From assembly GCA_041743505.1 (NCBI GenBank), contig JBGTMQ010000020.1:17099-81098 (forward strand): a stretch of DNA of 64,000 bases. Reading direction: 5' to 3'. The notes beneath the pieces were generated by a model that saw only the letters and a program-made list of their open reading frames with translations, was not told the origin of the DNA and ran no database searches. Shown piece by piece: positions 38,632 to 47,363 of this stretch. The position numbers and the translations under genes are program-made. The stretch comes from Candidatus Saccharimonadia bacterium (GTDB lineage: Bacteria; Patescibacteriota; Saccharimonadia; UBA4664). The stretch's first letter is position 1, and each line of letters begins with the position of its first letter.

Positions 38632-38758
38632 CACAAGTATACTAAGCCCTGGATGGTAGTCTCAGGGAACCTAACATTACATAGCAGAGGTGAAAGTCAA
38701 AAAAGGTTCCAGAATAAATTCTGGAACCTTTTTCATCTGAAATTTTGAAAATAAATCC

Positions 38759-38788
38759 TGGTGAGCTCTAGGGGAATCGAAACCGGTT
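38759..38788 (-). repeat. Degenerate copy of the tRNA-Glu 3' end (att-like remnant)
   Basis: TGGTGA-N6-GGGGAATCGAA...CCGGTT matches 40092-40122 in direct orientation. Confidence 0.65.
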
Positions 38789-38807
38789 ATTAGGACGAGT
38801 GTTCAGA

Positions 38808-38960
38808 TTATTCAATCTTCAGGGTAAGTTTCCCAAGGAAGTGAGTCTCTAGCATCCGGTGCGCGTCTGCGACCTGCTGGAGCGGAAACGTAAGTGTTTC
38901 TAAGCCACCAAAGTGATCGATAGCCATTGCTTGCATAGTGTGTGGTACTGTCTGCTTCAT
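38808..38960 (-). pseudogene. Internally deleted NADPH:quinone reductase / MDR oxidoreductase gene
   Basis: AGGAGG SD; MQAMAIDHFGGLETL fused in frame to TFPLQQVADAHRMLE...GKLTL, i.e. only the two termini remain. Confidence 0.8.
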
Positions 38961-39021
38961 AGTGTCCTCCTCTTATACTAATACATCCCGCGACCTTTAG
39001 TCAGCTAGGCGTGCTTATTTA

Positions 39022-39053
39022 ATGTTAACACGTTAATATTAATGTGTTAACAT
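39022..39053. promoter_or_regulatory. 32-bp near-perfect palindrome, probable MarR operator
   Basis: ATGTTAACACGTTAATATTAATGTGTTAACAT between the divergent MDR remnant and marR-family gene. Confidence 0.7.
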
Positions 39054-39059
39054 GTGTGT

Positions 39060-39488
39060 ATGGAAACTTCGACCGCCTACGCAGTGCACAAGTTAGCCGT
39101 TGAGATGGACCGCGCGGCTGATAGACTCCTGCAGGAGCGTCTAGGCATTTCGTACGGACGTTTTTACTTCTTGCTCGTTCTGGTGGAAAGCGGACAAGTG
39201 CCCCAGCATAGCATTGCCACGACAATGGGTTATAGTGCTCCGGCGATCAGTAACATGGCCGGCGAACTTGTAAAAGACGGGCTTGTCGAAGCAATATCAG
39301 ATCCGGCCCATGGGCGTCGCCGCCTGATAACGATTACTCCAAAAGGCAACAGACTCCTTAGCCAAAGCCTGGAATTACTTGATGAATGCTTTTCAGAATT
39401 GACAACATTAGCCGGCATTGACGAGGTACAGTACAAAGCGGACACAGAACAATTAATCATGGCACTCGTGCGTAAACGAAGGAGGTAA
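39060..39488 (+). CDS. MarR family transcriptional regulator
   Basis: LGIS..RF..L, IA..MG.S..AIS....L...GLV, D....R.R.I.IT.KG. Confidence 0.88.
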   Translation: METSTAYAVHKLAVEMDRAADRLLQERLGISYGRFYFLLVLVESGQVPQHSIATTMGYSAPAISNMAGELVKDGLVEAISDPAHGRRRLITITPKGNRLLSQSLELLDECFSELTTLAGIDEVQYKADTEQLIMALVRKRRR

Positions 39489-39489
39489 C

Positions 39490-40013
39490 ATGAAACATAA
39501 ACGGGTAGTTTTAGGGGTTGCGGTTGTAATGACCGGTTTGAGTGCGGGTTTGTTTTATGCGTATGCCATATCTGTGAATCCCGCCTTCAGACATCTTTCG
39601 GATGAGACCTATATCGCTGCTATGCAGGCTATTGATAGAGACATACAAAATCCGATCTTTTTTATAAGTTTTTTGGCCCGGCTTTACTACTACCGCTAGC
39701 AGCCTATCTGTATAGAAATGGGTCGGTGTATCACCGGTTTAAGCTTTTGTTAGTGGCCGCGACACTCTATATTATTGGGGCTTTCGGTACGACAGCCGTA
39801 GTAAATGTACCCCTCAATGAGGCACTCGCAAAAGTCCCGATAGAAACATCAAGCCCGAGCCAACTTGCAGCAGCCCGGATAAAATATGCCGAACCTTGGA
39901 ATAACTGGCATATTGTGCGGACAATTGCCGCCACGTCAGCGTTCGCGGTAGCGGTCGCAGCCTGCCTAGTCCCAGAGAATAAGCGTAAAGATAAAAGTCC
40001 AGCAATTGACTAA
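39490..40013 (+). pseudogene. DUF1772 (anthrone oxygenase-like) gene, frameshifted at a T6 tract
   Basis: GL.AGLFYAY...V.P...Y..AMQAI in one frame and NVPLNEAL...WN.WH..RT in the next; one extra T at 39669-39674 joins them. Confidence 0.8.
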
Positions 40014-40091
40014 AATATGACGATGTTGGTCATTTTGTTTTGGGGTTGCTATAGCTGTTTCACATCGGGGCGTGCTGTTAAGAATCTCTTT

Positions 40092-40166
40092 TGGTGATCC
40101 CACGGGGAATCGAACCCCGGTTGCCGGGATGAAAACCCGGTGTCCTAACCGCTAGACGATGGGACC
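40092..40166 (-). tRNA. trnE: tRNA-Glu (anticodon TTC), CCA encoded
   Basis: GGTCCCATCGTCTAGCGGTTAGGACACCGGGTTTTCATCCCGGCAACCGGGGTTCGATTCCCCGTGGGATCACCA folds as a cloverleaf. Confidence 0.96.
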
Positions 40167-40340
40167 AAAGTGTATGGGTGTGGGCCGTGCCAACTGGCTG
40201 GCAAGAAGCCGCTTCGTTAATTCAACACATGTTACATTAACATTTTCGGGCGGTTCCTTCAATAAGAATATGCCACGCAGTTCAGTTGTGGGCAAGCTGA
40301 TAAGGCAGAATCCCAATCCATCCCTCGTCCCACTTAAGCA

Positions 40341-40463
40341 GGTACTAGATTTCTTCTAGTCTCGCAGCCGCCGCAACGAAGCGGCTGTATTAATGGCTTC
40401 GCATAGGAAACATTACGCAATGATCTACGCTATATTGTCAACTACTAGAAAAATTCTAGTACC
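40341..40463 (-). repeat. 123-bp symmetric element, copy 3
   Basis: Palindromes 40344-40360 and 40444-40460 (100 bp apart); TAATGGCT at 40391-40398. Confidence 0.88.
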
Positions 40464-40583
40464 CCATACCAGCGAAATGCCAAAGGGTCGCCAATGAAGC
40501 CGTCAGAAAAAACGCCTATCTTGTAAATTGCCGCAGGACCTGCCCTGGTCAAAACCATCATCCTGAACTAATAATGGGGAAGT

Positions 40584-41888
40584 ATGAAAAACCTCTCCGG
40601 GCGCACCGCCCGCCTCATCACGCTCATGCGATCCAGCGACTTCATCCGCCACAACAGCATCCTCTTCGTCGGGTCATTCGCCGTCAGCGTCCTGAACTAC
40701 CTGTACTACCCGATACTCGGCCGCCTCATGAGCCCCAGCGATTTCGGTGAGGTCCAAGTCCTCGTCTCGCTGTTTATGCAGGCCACCATCTTCCTCACCG
40801 TCGTCACCAATGTGGCCGTCAATGTCGTCACCAACGAGAGCAACGAAACCCTCCGCAACCGCATCGTCTATGAACTCGAGCATTTCGCCACCCTCATCAC
40901 AGTCGTCACCCTGGGTGTAGCCCTCTTATTTATCGGCCAACTCCAAGAATTTCTCCGGTTCGAACACCCTGCGCCCTTCTTCGCTCTGGCCCTCGTCCTC
41001 GTCATCAGCGCGCCCCTGGCTCTGCGCCAAGCCTACCTGCGCGGCCGCTCGGCCTTTGGCCTTATGTCTATCGCTAGCATTACCTCTTCTCTTGCCAAAA
41101 TCATCTTCTCCGTCATCTTCGTTCTCCTGGGCTGGCGGGCGGTCGGCGCCATCGGCGGCATTATCGCCGCGCAAATCATCGCCCTTATATACACCGCCTC
41201 TCAAGCCCGCAAACTCGGACTGGTTGGCAAAATCAACTGGCGGCTCTGGCGCAAGCCGGACTTAGGCCTACTCCGGCCGCAGCTGCCATACTCACTACTC
41301 GTCTTAATCGTCTCCCTCATAACCACGGTGCTTTTCAGCTTCGACGTCATCATCGTCAAGCACTTCTTCCCGGCTGAGATCGCCGGTTACTACGCCGGTA
41401 TCGCCACCATCGCCCGCATCATTTACTTCTTAACCGGCTCCATCGCCGTCGTCCTACTAACCGCCGCCAAGATAGAAGCCGGCCGCGCCACCAACCACCG
41501 CCTGCTTACGCGCTCCATGTTGCTACAAACGGCCATCGGCGGCGCTGCTCTGGTGTTCTTCTCGCTCTTCCCACAGTTTTCCACTCAGCTCCTCATCGGC
41601 TCCAAATACCTGCCCTATGCTCATCTTTTGCCCATGCTTAGCCTGGCCCTCTTCATCCTCGCCACTCTCAACCTGCTCCTTCACTACGACCTGGCCCTCC
41701 GCCGCTACAGCGCCGCTGTTGTCTCAATACTAGGTGGCGTCGTCATGATCGCAGCCGTGCAGATGAATCACGCCTCCCTCGAAGCCGTTGTCCAAAGCCT
41801 GCTCATCGGCTCCCTGGCCGCCCTCGCCATCCGCGGCCTCGACAGCCTCCGCCGCCGCGCACTGCAACAATTACAGTACCCCTCATGA
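40584..41888 (+). CDS. Oligosaccharide flippase (Wzx/MATE-like)
   Basis: LNYLY..ILGRLM.P.DFG, DVIIVKHFF..E.AG.YA; about 12 TM segments. Confidence 0.87.
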   Translation: MKNLSGRTARLITLMRSSDFIRHNSILFVGSFAVSVLNYLYYPILGRLMSPSDFGEVQVLVSLFMQATIFLTVVTNVAVNVVTNESNETLRNRIVYELEHFATLITVVTLGVALLFIGQLQEFLRFEHPAPFFALALVLVISAPLALRQAYLRGRSAFGLMSIASITSSLAKIIFSVIFVLLGWRAVGAIGGIIAAQIIALIYTASQARKLGLVGKINWRLWRKPDLGLLRPQLPYSLLVLIVSLITTVLFSFDVIIVKHFFPAEIAGYYAGIATIARIIYFLTGSIAVVLLTAAKIEAGRATNHRLLTRSMLLQTAIGGAALVFFSLFPQFSTQLLIGSKYLPYAHLLPMLSLALFILATLNLLLHYDLALRRYSAAVVSILGGVVMIAAVQMNHASLEAVVQSLLIGSLAALAIRGLDSLRRRALQQLQYPS

Positions 41889-42112
41889 AATGAATATCAA
41901 TTTCCCCGCCACTATGGCGAACCTCATATGCACCTTACCAAACAGCATTATAGGCAATAACCAGGGCGAAGTACCTATATTGTTTACAAATTAGACAAAA
42001 TTTTTGTGGTTCATCACATATTGACCGGCCACGGATGTCTTTATGGTTTATAGAGCCGCACACGTCAGTGTGCTGTATTATGTAGCGTAAGTGGAGGAGT
42101 GATATATACCAG

Positions 42113-43144
42113 ATGGCGCAATCTCAGAAACTCATCAGCATTATTGTGCCTTGTCACAACGAGCAAGCCAATATCGAGCCGCTTTACCAGGCATTATCAC
42201 AAACCATCAATGACCTACCGGAATCTTTCGAGTTTATTTTTGTCGATGACGGCAGTAAGGACGACACCCTAATCGGCCTCCGCGAGCTGGCTGAGCGCGA
42301 CGAACGGGTCCGGGTTATCGAAATGGTGCGCAACTTCGGCAAGGAAATCGCCATTACCGCCGGCCTGCATCAATCCAGCGGCGATGCGGCTATTTGTCTG
42401 GACGCCGACCTCCAACACCCCCCGGAACTCATCCCGGACCTCATAGCCAAGTGGCACGGCGGCGCCGAAGTCGTCGTCGGTATCCGCTCACCCGGCTCCC
42501 GCCACGCCTCATTTATTAAGCTGGCCGGCAGCGCCGTCTTTTATAGGCTCATGAACGCCATCTCCGACGTCGAAATCGTCGCCCGCGCCACCGATTATCG
42601 CCTTATCGACCGGGTCGTCATCAACGAGTTCAACCGCTTCACCGAGCACAGCCGCATCACCCGCGGGCTCATCGACTGGTTGGGCTTCAAGCGCGCCTAC
42701 GTCGAATTCAAAACCCCCAGCCGCAACGCCGGTAACGCCGGTTACGGCATATTCAAGCTCGTCAATCTGGCCCTCAACTCCTTTGTTTCCATGAGCCTTG
42801 TCCCACTCCGCTTCGCCGGCTGGCTTGGCGCCGTCATCATGCTCACCTCGGGCGCTACCGGCCTATTCATTTTCATCGAGAAATACCTTCTCAAGGACCC
42901 CTGGGGCCTTGGCTTCTCCGGCCCGGCCATCCTGGCCGTCATCATCCTGTTCCTCGTCGGCCTCATGCTGGTCTGCCTTGGGCTCATCTCGCTCTATATT
43001 GGTGTCATCCACACCGAAGTCATGAACCGCCCGCTCTACGTCACCCGCAGCCGCAATCGCCGGGGCGGCCGCATCCTCGTTGATGCCCAGGAGGTGGTCG
43101 AGCATCAAAAACAAGAACAAGAGCACGAGGCGCTCCGCCGGTGA
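42113..43144 (+). CDS. GT2 polyprenol-phosphate glycosyltransferase (GtrB-like)
   Basis: IIVPCHNE, VDDGS.D, RNFGKE.A..AG, DADLQHPP, two C-terminal TM segments, RPLY. Confidence 0.92.
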   Translation: MAQSQKLISIIVPCHNEQANIEPLYQALSQTINDLPESFEFIFVDDGSKDDTLIGLRELAERDERVRVIEMVRNFGKEIAITAGLHQSSGDAAICLDADLQHPPELIPDLIAKWHGGAEVVVGIRSPGSRHASFIKLAGSAVFYRLMNAISDVEIVARATDYRLIDRVVINEFNRFTEHSRITRGLIDWLGFKRAYVEFKTPSRNAGNAGYGIFKLVNLALNSFVSMSLVPLRFAGWLGAVIMLTSGATGLFIFIEKYLLKDPWGLGFSGPAILAVIILFLVGLMLVCLGLISLYIGVIHTEVMNRPLYVTRSRNRRGGRILVDAQEVVEHQKQEQEHEALRR

Positions 43145-44286
43145 ACATCCTCTGGCTAACCTGGAAGGACCGCCGGAATCCTCTTGCTGGCGGGGCCGAA
43201 GTGGTCAATGAAGAGCTGGCCAAGCGCCTGGCCTCAGGCGGCCACAAAGTCACCTTCCTGGTCGCAGGATTTCCCGGCAGCCAGCCCCAAGAAGACCGCG
43301 ACGGCTTCCATATCATTCGCATCTCCAGCCGCTATATGGTCTATTTAGCTGCCTTCAGCTACTTCCGTCGCCACCAAACCGAACTCAACCCTGACCTAGT
43401 CATCGACGAGTGCAACACCATGCCGTTCTTTTCGGCTTGGTACACGCACAAACCAACCATTATGTTCTTCCACCAACTTTGCCGCATTACCTGGTTTTAT
43501 CAATTTCCCCAACCCCTCTCCACCATCGGCTGGCTGGCCGAACCCGTTTACCTTCGCCTGCTCAAACGCAGCCCGGTTATCACCATCTCAAACTCCGCCA
43601 AACAAGACCTTATCCGCCACGGCTTCAAGGCCGCCGACATCCACATCATCTCCGAAGGCTCCCACCTCACACCCGTCAAAGACCCTGCCGGTGTCGTCAA
43701 ATTTGCCACCCCCACCATCATCAGCCTCGGCTCCATTCGTCCCGTCAAACGCACCCTCCACCAGCTCCAAGCCTTCGAACACGCCAAAGCTACCATGCCT
43801 GACCTCCGCTTCATCATTGGCGGCGACTCCTCGGGCAGCTACGGCAGCCAATTCCTCGAAGCCATCAAGCGTAGCCCCTACGCCGCCGATATTGACTACC
43901 GCGGCCATGTCAGCGACGCCGAAAAACTCGAACTCATGCAGCGTGCCCACGCCATCGTCGTCACCAGCGTCAAAGAAGGCTGGGGACTCATCGTCACCGA
44001 AGCCAACTCGCAGGGCACCCCGGCCGTCGTCTACGACGTCGACGGCCTCCGCGATAGCGTCCGCGACGGCCAAACCGGCCTAATAACGCCAGCCAATACA
44101 CCCGAAGCGCTAGGAGACAAAATCATTGAACTCCTCCGCGACCCCGCCCGCTACCAAACCCTCCGCACGCAAGCCTGGCAATGGAGCAAAACCATCACCT
44201 TCGATCAAAGCTACGCCGACTTCACCAAAGTCCTCAATCTGACTACTACCCCTAACGAATCCCGACAAGAAGTTCCTACTCCGTGA
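43141..44286 (+). CDS. GT4 glycosyltransferase
   Basis: NP.AGGAE, S.KEGWGL..TEAN..GTP.V..DV.GLRDSV. Confidence 0.92.
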   Translation: MNILWLTWKDRRNPLAGGAEVVNEELAKRLASGGHKVTFLVAGFPGSQPQEDRDGFHIIRISSRYMVYLAAFSYFRRHQTELNPDLVIDECNTMPFFSAWYTHKPTIMFFHQLCRITWFYQFPQPLSTIGWLAEPVYLRLLKRSPVITISNSAKQDLIRHGFKAADIHIISEGSHLTPVKDPAGVVKFATPTIISLGSIRPVKRTLHQLQAFEHAKATMPDLRFIIGGDSSGSYGSQFLEAIKRSPYAADIDYRGHVSDAEKLELMQRAHAIVVTSVKEGWGLIVTEANSQGTPAVVYDVDGLRDSVRDGQTGLITPANTPEALGDKIIELLRDPARYQTLRTQAWQWSKTITFDQSYADFTKVLNLTTTPNESRQEVPTP

Positions 44287-44287
44287 C
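44083..44287 (+). repeat. 205-bp direct repeat, copy 1 (GT4 3' end)
   Basis: 6 substitutions relative to 48021-48225. Confidence 0.93.
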
Positions 44288-44650
44288 AGAACTGGAATGC
44301 TGGCTCCGCAAAGTACTCTTAAATGCTAAATAAGCACCCAGGCCGGACAAAACAACCACTAGAAAGTAAACCGGGGACAGTAGCTCCGGCTGGAATCCAG
44401 TTTCCGCTATGGCTAAGCCATTAACAATCACGCTTGGTGCTATTTGTATAACGAGAATACCACCCAGTATTCGCAAAGCAACTCTTGAAGGTCTCACCAA
44501 CACAGTCATAGCCAGAGCGATCGCTATTATGGCTATGACTACAGCAATAAGCCTGTAAAAATTTAGATCAAAGCCAGGTATGTACACGTGTAAGAAATAA
44601 ATTGACACCCCAATCGCCAAAAATGCCGCGGAACGAGATAAATTACTCAT
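44276..44650 (-). CDS. Small membrane protein (about 4 TM)
   Basis: 124 aa hydrophobic ORF, AT-rich, part of the array. Confidence 0.65.
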   Translation of the reverse strand: MSNLSRSAAFLAIGVSIYFLHVYIPGFDLNFYRLIAVVIAIIAIALAMTVLVRPSRVALRILGGILVIQIAPSVIVNGLAIAETGFQPELLSPVYFLVVVLSGLGAYLAFKSTLRSQHSSSVTE

Positions 44651-44742
44651 CCTTAGTTTAAGAATTGCTTAAGCATAAACATAATTTAACATTTTACTGA
44701 AGCAAAGAATATCAGCAAACCGCTTCTACTAACGATATTTAC

Positions 44743-45030
44743 TTACTGACCGAATAATGCCCAAATCCAACCCATTTGAATACTAACAAACAACCCCCAG
44801 CCAATAAGGGCCAGATAAGTTCCAGCCTTGCGAATGAGCAATAGTCGCTTTCGAATCTTCTGATCTTTTTGACGGCGGATCGCCATCGTGATGCCGATGA
44901 ATGCCGCGACGAGGATGACGAGAAAAATAATTGTATAGTTCACATAGTCATAAAAGCGTTGGGCCCAAAGATCTTGCCAAACGGGACTACCGTACGTAAG
45001 GAAGCCTAAATGATATTGGATAATACTCAT
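44743..45030 (-). CDS. Small 2-TM protein, family A copy 3 (candidate immunity protein)
   Basis: 95 aa; about 70 C-terminal residues almost identical to 48544-48831; TACACT 6 nt before the ATG. Confidence 0.8.
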   Translation of the reverse strand: MSIIQYHLGFLTYGSPVWQDLWAQRFYDYVNYTIIFLVILVAAFIGITMAIRRQKDQKIRKRLLLIRKAGTYLALIGWGLFVSIQMGWIWALFGQ

Positions 45031-45066
45031 GTCTACAGTGTACATAATTTATCCCTACAAAAGCTA

Positions 45067-45099
45067 AGTCTAGGAGAGCAAGATGCACTCTCCGGGACT
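45067..45099 (-). terminator. Hairpin upstream of family A copy 3
   Basis: AGTC..GGAGAG...CTCTCCGGGACT; 45088-45115 is identical to 48889-48916. Confidence 0.75.
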
Positions 45100-45176
45100 A
45101 TATGTTGTTCTTAGCTTGCCCAGGGCAGCTTCCAAAATTTGGAAATACCCTACTAGAACGCTACACTAAGACAGAA

Positions 45177-45461
45177 ATGACGCGCCTAAGTCTTAGTCTT
45201 GTACTACTCCTCAGCGGCCTCCTATTGGCGTTGGTAGCATATACTTGGGCAGCCCCTCAAGTCTGCGCACTCAAGGGTTTACCAATGAACTCATTTGGTT
45301 GCCTGTACATCGTTATCTATGCAACGGCGGGCGCACTACTCGTGCCGTTCTTAGCGGGTCTCGTACTGTACGTACGAGAACTCCGCCGAACTCTTAAGCC
45401 CAATTCAAACACCAAGCAGGGTAAAAGTATGATACCCAGCAAAAAAGATCTAATTATGTGA
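45177..45461 (+). CDS. Small 2-TM protein with a Cys pair in the loop
   Basis: MTRLSLSL... TM, C.LKGLPMNSFGC, TM, basic tail. Confidence 0.6.
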   Translation: MTRLSLSLVLLLSGLLLALVAYTWAAPQVCALKGLPMNSFGCLYIVIYATAGALLVPFLAGLVLYVRELRRTLKPNSNTKQGKSMIPSKKDLIM

Positions 45462-45470
45462 TGATTTCAA

Positions 45471-45764
45471 CTAACGAAGGTTTTCCCAACCTGTTGGAAC
45501 GATTGAAAGAAACTTATAGACGGCCAACTGAGCGATTAAAAGGAACACGGCGAGAGAAGCAGAAGCAATAAGCCAGCCTTTACGCGGCTTATTTAGCCAA
45601 AACCAGCCGAGCCAAGCTAAGCCAGTACCAATAGCTGTTACAGCACCAAATTCAACAACAGAAACCCCCTGATAACGTGCATACTTCCAATACAGGACGG
45701 AAAAGATAATGTAATACACAGGAACAGCTAGTTGGCGAATCACATTGAGGCATTGCTTATTCAT
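45471..45764 (-). CDS. Small 3-TM protein, family B copy 2
   Basis: 97 aa paralogue of 45802-46095 (RQL..P..YIIF...WKYA.YQG, P.GWEN). Confidence 0.8.
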   Translation of the reverse strand: MNKQCLNVIRQLAVPVYYIIFSVLYWKYARYQGVSVVEFGAVTAIGTGLAWLGWFWLNKPRKGWLIASASLAVFLLIAQLAVYKFLSIVPTGWENLR

Positions 45765-45801
45765 GGATATATAGGGAGAAGTCATCTGCCCTTACTGTTC
45801 A

Positions 45802-46095
45802 TTATTTGATATTTTCCCAACCCGCGGGAAGAGAAGTCATAAATGTATACACATATATCAGAGCGAATAGTAAAACTATTACTAACGAGGCTGAGGAAAT
45901 AAGCACTGCTTTACGTGGTTGATTCAATAAGAACCAGCCGAGCCAAGCAAGCACGCCACCAGCGGTGATAACGCTACCAAATTCATAGGCAGTGAAGCCT
46001 TGGTAAAACGCGTATTTCCAAAAAATGATTATGAAAATAATGTAAGTCAAAGGGATACTTAGTTGACGAGCTATGGTAGAATATTGCTTACTCAT
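45802..46095 (-). CDS. Small 3-TM protein, family B copy 1
   Basis: 97 aa; TAGAAT 7 nt before the ATG; tandem paralogue. Confidence 0.8.
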   Translation of the reverse strand: MSKQYSTIARQLSIPLTYIIFIIIFWKYAFYQGFTAYEFGSVITAGGVLAWLGWFLLNQPRKAVLISSASLVIVLLFALIYVYTFMTSLPAGWENIK

Positions 46096-46357
46096 AGCAA
46101 TATTCTACCATAAGCGAATAAGCAGATCGATCGCTGAATTTAATAAGCGGGTGGACACCGAAAGGCGCCCACCCGCAACCTTATCCCAGCCTTACGAGCT
46201 TCTGCTACAGTATTCTTGATGACATCATTGAGCTTGAATCCAAAACTTCAGTACGAGCACAAAAAAAGTCCACATCCCGAGTCATATCGTGATGTGGACT
46301 AAAATCTAGTTGCGAGTACAGATTGAACCGCGGCTAGTATTCGGCTAACATTATGAC

Positions 46358-46600
46358 ATGAAAGGCACGAACAAAGGTTCAAAACCCGTGAAAAACAGGT
46401 CAATAGCGGGGCTAATACTCATATGCCTGAGTCCTCTCGCTGCGTTGCCGGCGGTCACATTTCTAGGTTCGAGCGTATGCCAGCCCCAAGGCGGCTTTTT
46501 AGACTTCAGTTGCCTCCAGCCTAACGCCTACCTTGGAGCCGCTGCTTTAGCATCGGCGCTACTTATTGGTTGCCTGCTGTATTTTTGGCCTTCGCGCTAA
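46358..46600 (+). CDS. Small 2-TM protein with a Cys pair in the loop
   Basis: TM, C.PQGGFLDFSC, TM. Confidence 0.55.
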   Translation: MKGTNKGSKPVKNRSIAGLILICLSPLAALPAVTFLGSSVCQPQGGFLDFSCLQPNAYLGAAALASALLIGCLLYFWPSR

Positions 46601-46737
46601 GGACATAGCATTGCGTTATCCTTACTGCTCCTGCAAGTTAATTATATAACGCCTCTATACGCAGTACTTTGGACACTAACTTGGCTGCTTGCTGGGCTCA
46701 TCGTATGCATTCGAGATTCGGCCTGGGCTTCAATGCT

Positions 46738-46995
46738 CTACAATAACCCCACATAGTTTCCGGATGGTATAAAAACGAAGAAATACCACGCTAGCCCACC
46801 AAGGGAAGCTATTGCTGCACAATAAGCTAGAGTTTTGAGAGTCTTCTTTATTTGCGAGCGCCGCTGGCTTTTCCGCCCAGCCAAATACCAATAACTACCA
46901 AGTAACGCAAGCACGATAATCAGTGGCAAAACGATAACTAAGAATATGTGTGCATAAAAAGCTGAAGCTGGAATAAAGCCGTCTGGGTAGTACAT
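46738..46995 (-). CDS. Small 2-TM protein with basic cytoplasmic loop
   Basis: Same topology as family A (TM, RKSQRRSQIKK, TM). Confidence 0.65.
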   Translation of the reverse strand: MYYPDGFIPASAFYAHIFLVIVLPLIIVLALLGSYWYLAGRKSQRRSQIKKTLKTLAYCAAIASLGGLAWYFFVFIPSGNYVGLL

Positions 46996-47007
46996 AGTCG
47001 TGTATTA

Positions 47008-47286
47008 CTAGCCGAGCGGTATCAGAGACATTCCTACGCCGACAAAAAATAGCCACCCTATTAATGAGAGATAAGTACCAATTTTGCGAGCTAACAATAG
47101 TTGCTTTCGAACCTTCTGATTCTTTTGATGACGGATGGCAATTGTTACCACTGTAAAGGCGGCAATAAGAACGACAAAGAAAATAATCGTATAAAGCTCA
47201 TATTCGTAAAGTCGCTGATTCCAAGTATTTTGCCAGTCAGGATCATTCGGGGAAAATGCACCGAAAAGAAATTGGATATTATTCAT
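47008..47286 (-). CDS. Small 2-TM protein, family A copy 2 (candidate immunity protein for the orphan SGNH cassette)
   Basis: FSPNDPDW...W.QRLY.Y..YTIIF, AIRHQKNQKVRK; directly downstream of the orphan cassette. Confidence 0.8.
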   Translation of the reverse strand: MNNIQFLFGAFSPNDPDWQNTWNQRLYEYELYTIIFFVVLIAAFTVVTIAIRHQKNQKVRKQLLLARKIGTYLSLIGWLFFVGVGMSLIPLG

Positions 47287-47322
47287 ATATTACAGTCTAC
47301 ACAATTTAGCAACACAAAAGCA

Positions 47323-47357
47323 TAGTCCCGGGGAGCATACTATGCTCCCCGGGACTA
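47323..47357 (-). terminator. Perfect hairpin between the orphan SGNH cassette and family A copy 2
   Basis: TAGTCCCGGGGAGCATA-C-TATGCTCCCCGGGACTA. Confidence 0.85.
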
Positions 47358-47363
47358 TTGTAA

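Noticed and set aside
38699-38733. CCAGAATAAATTCTGG resembling the element palindrome
   Set aside because: It is the apex of an A/T-flanked terminator hairpin, has a 4-nt loop and has no partner 100 bp away.
25700-40463. Calling the 123-bp elements ordinary MITEs
   Set aside because: No target-site duplications, and the interiors are too divergent for the exact length and motif offsets retained. Not fully excluded without a genome-wide search.
46147-46300. Minus-strand fragment FKLNDVIKNTVAEARKAG between two hairpins as another SGNH remnant
   Set aside because: Too short and not alignable to the two SGNH C-termini.
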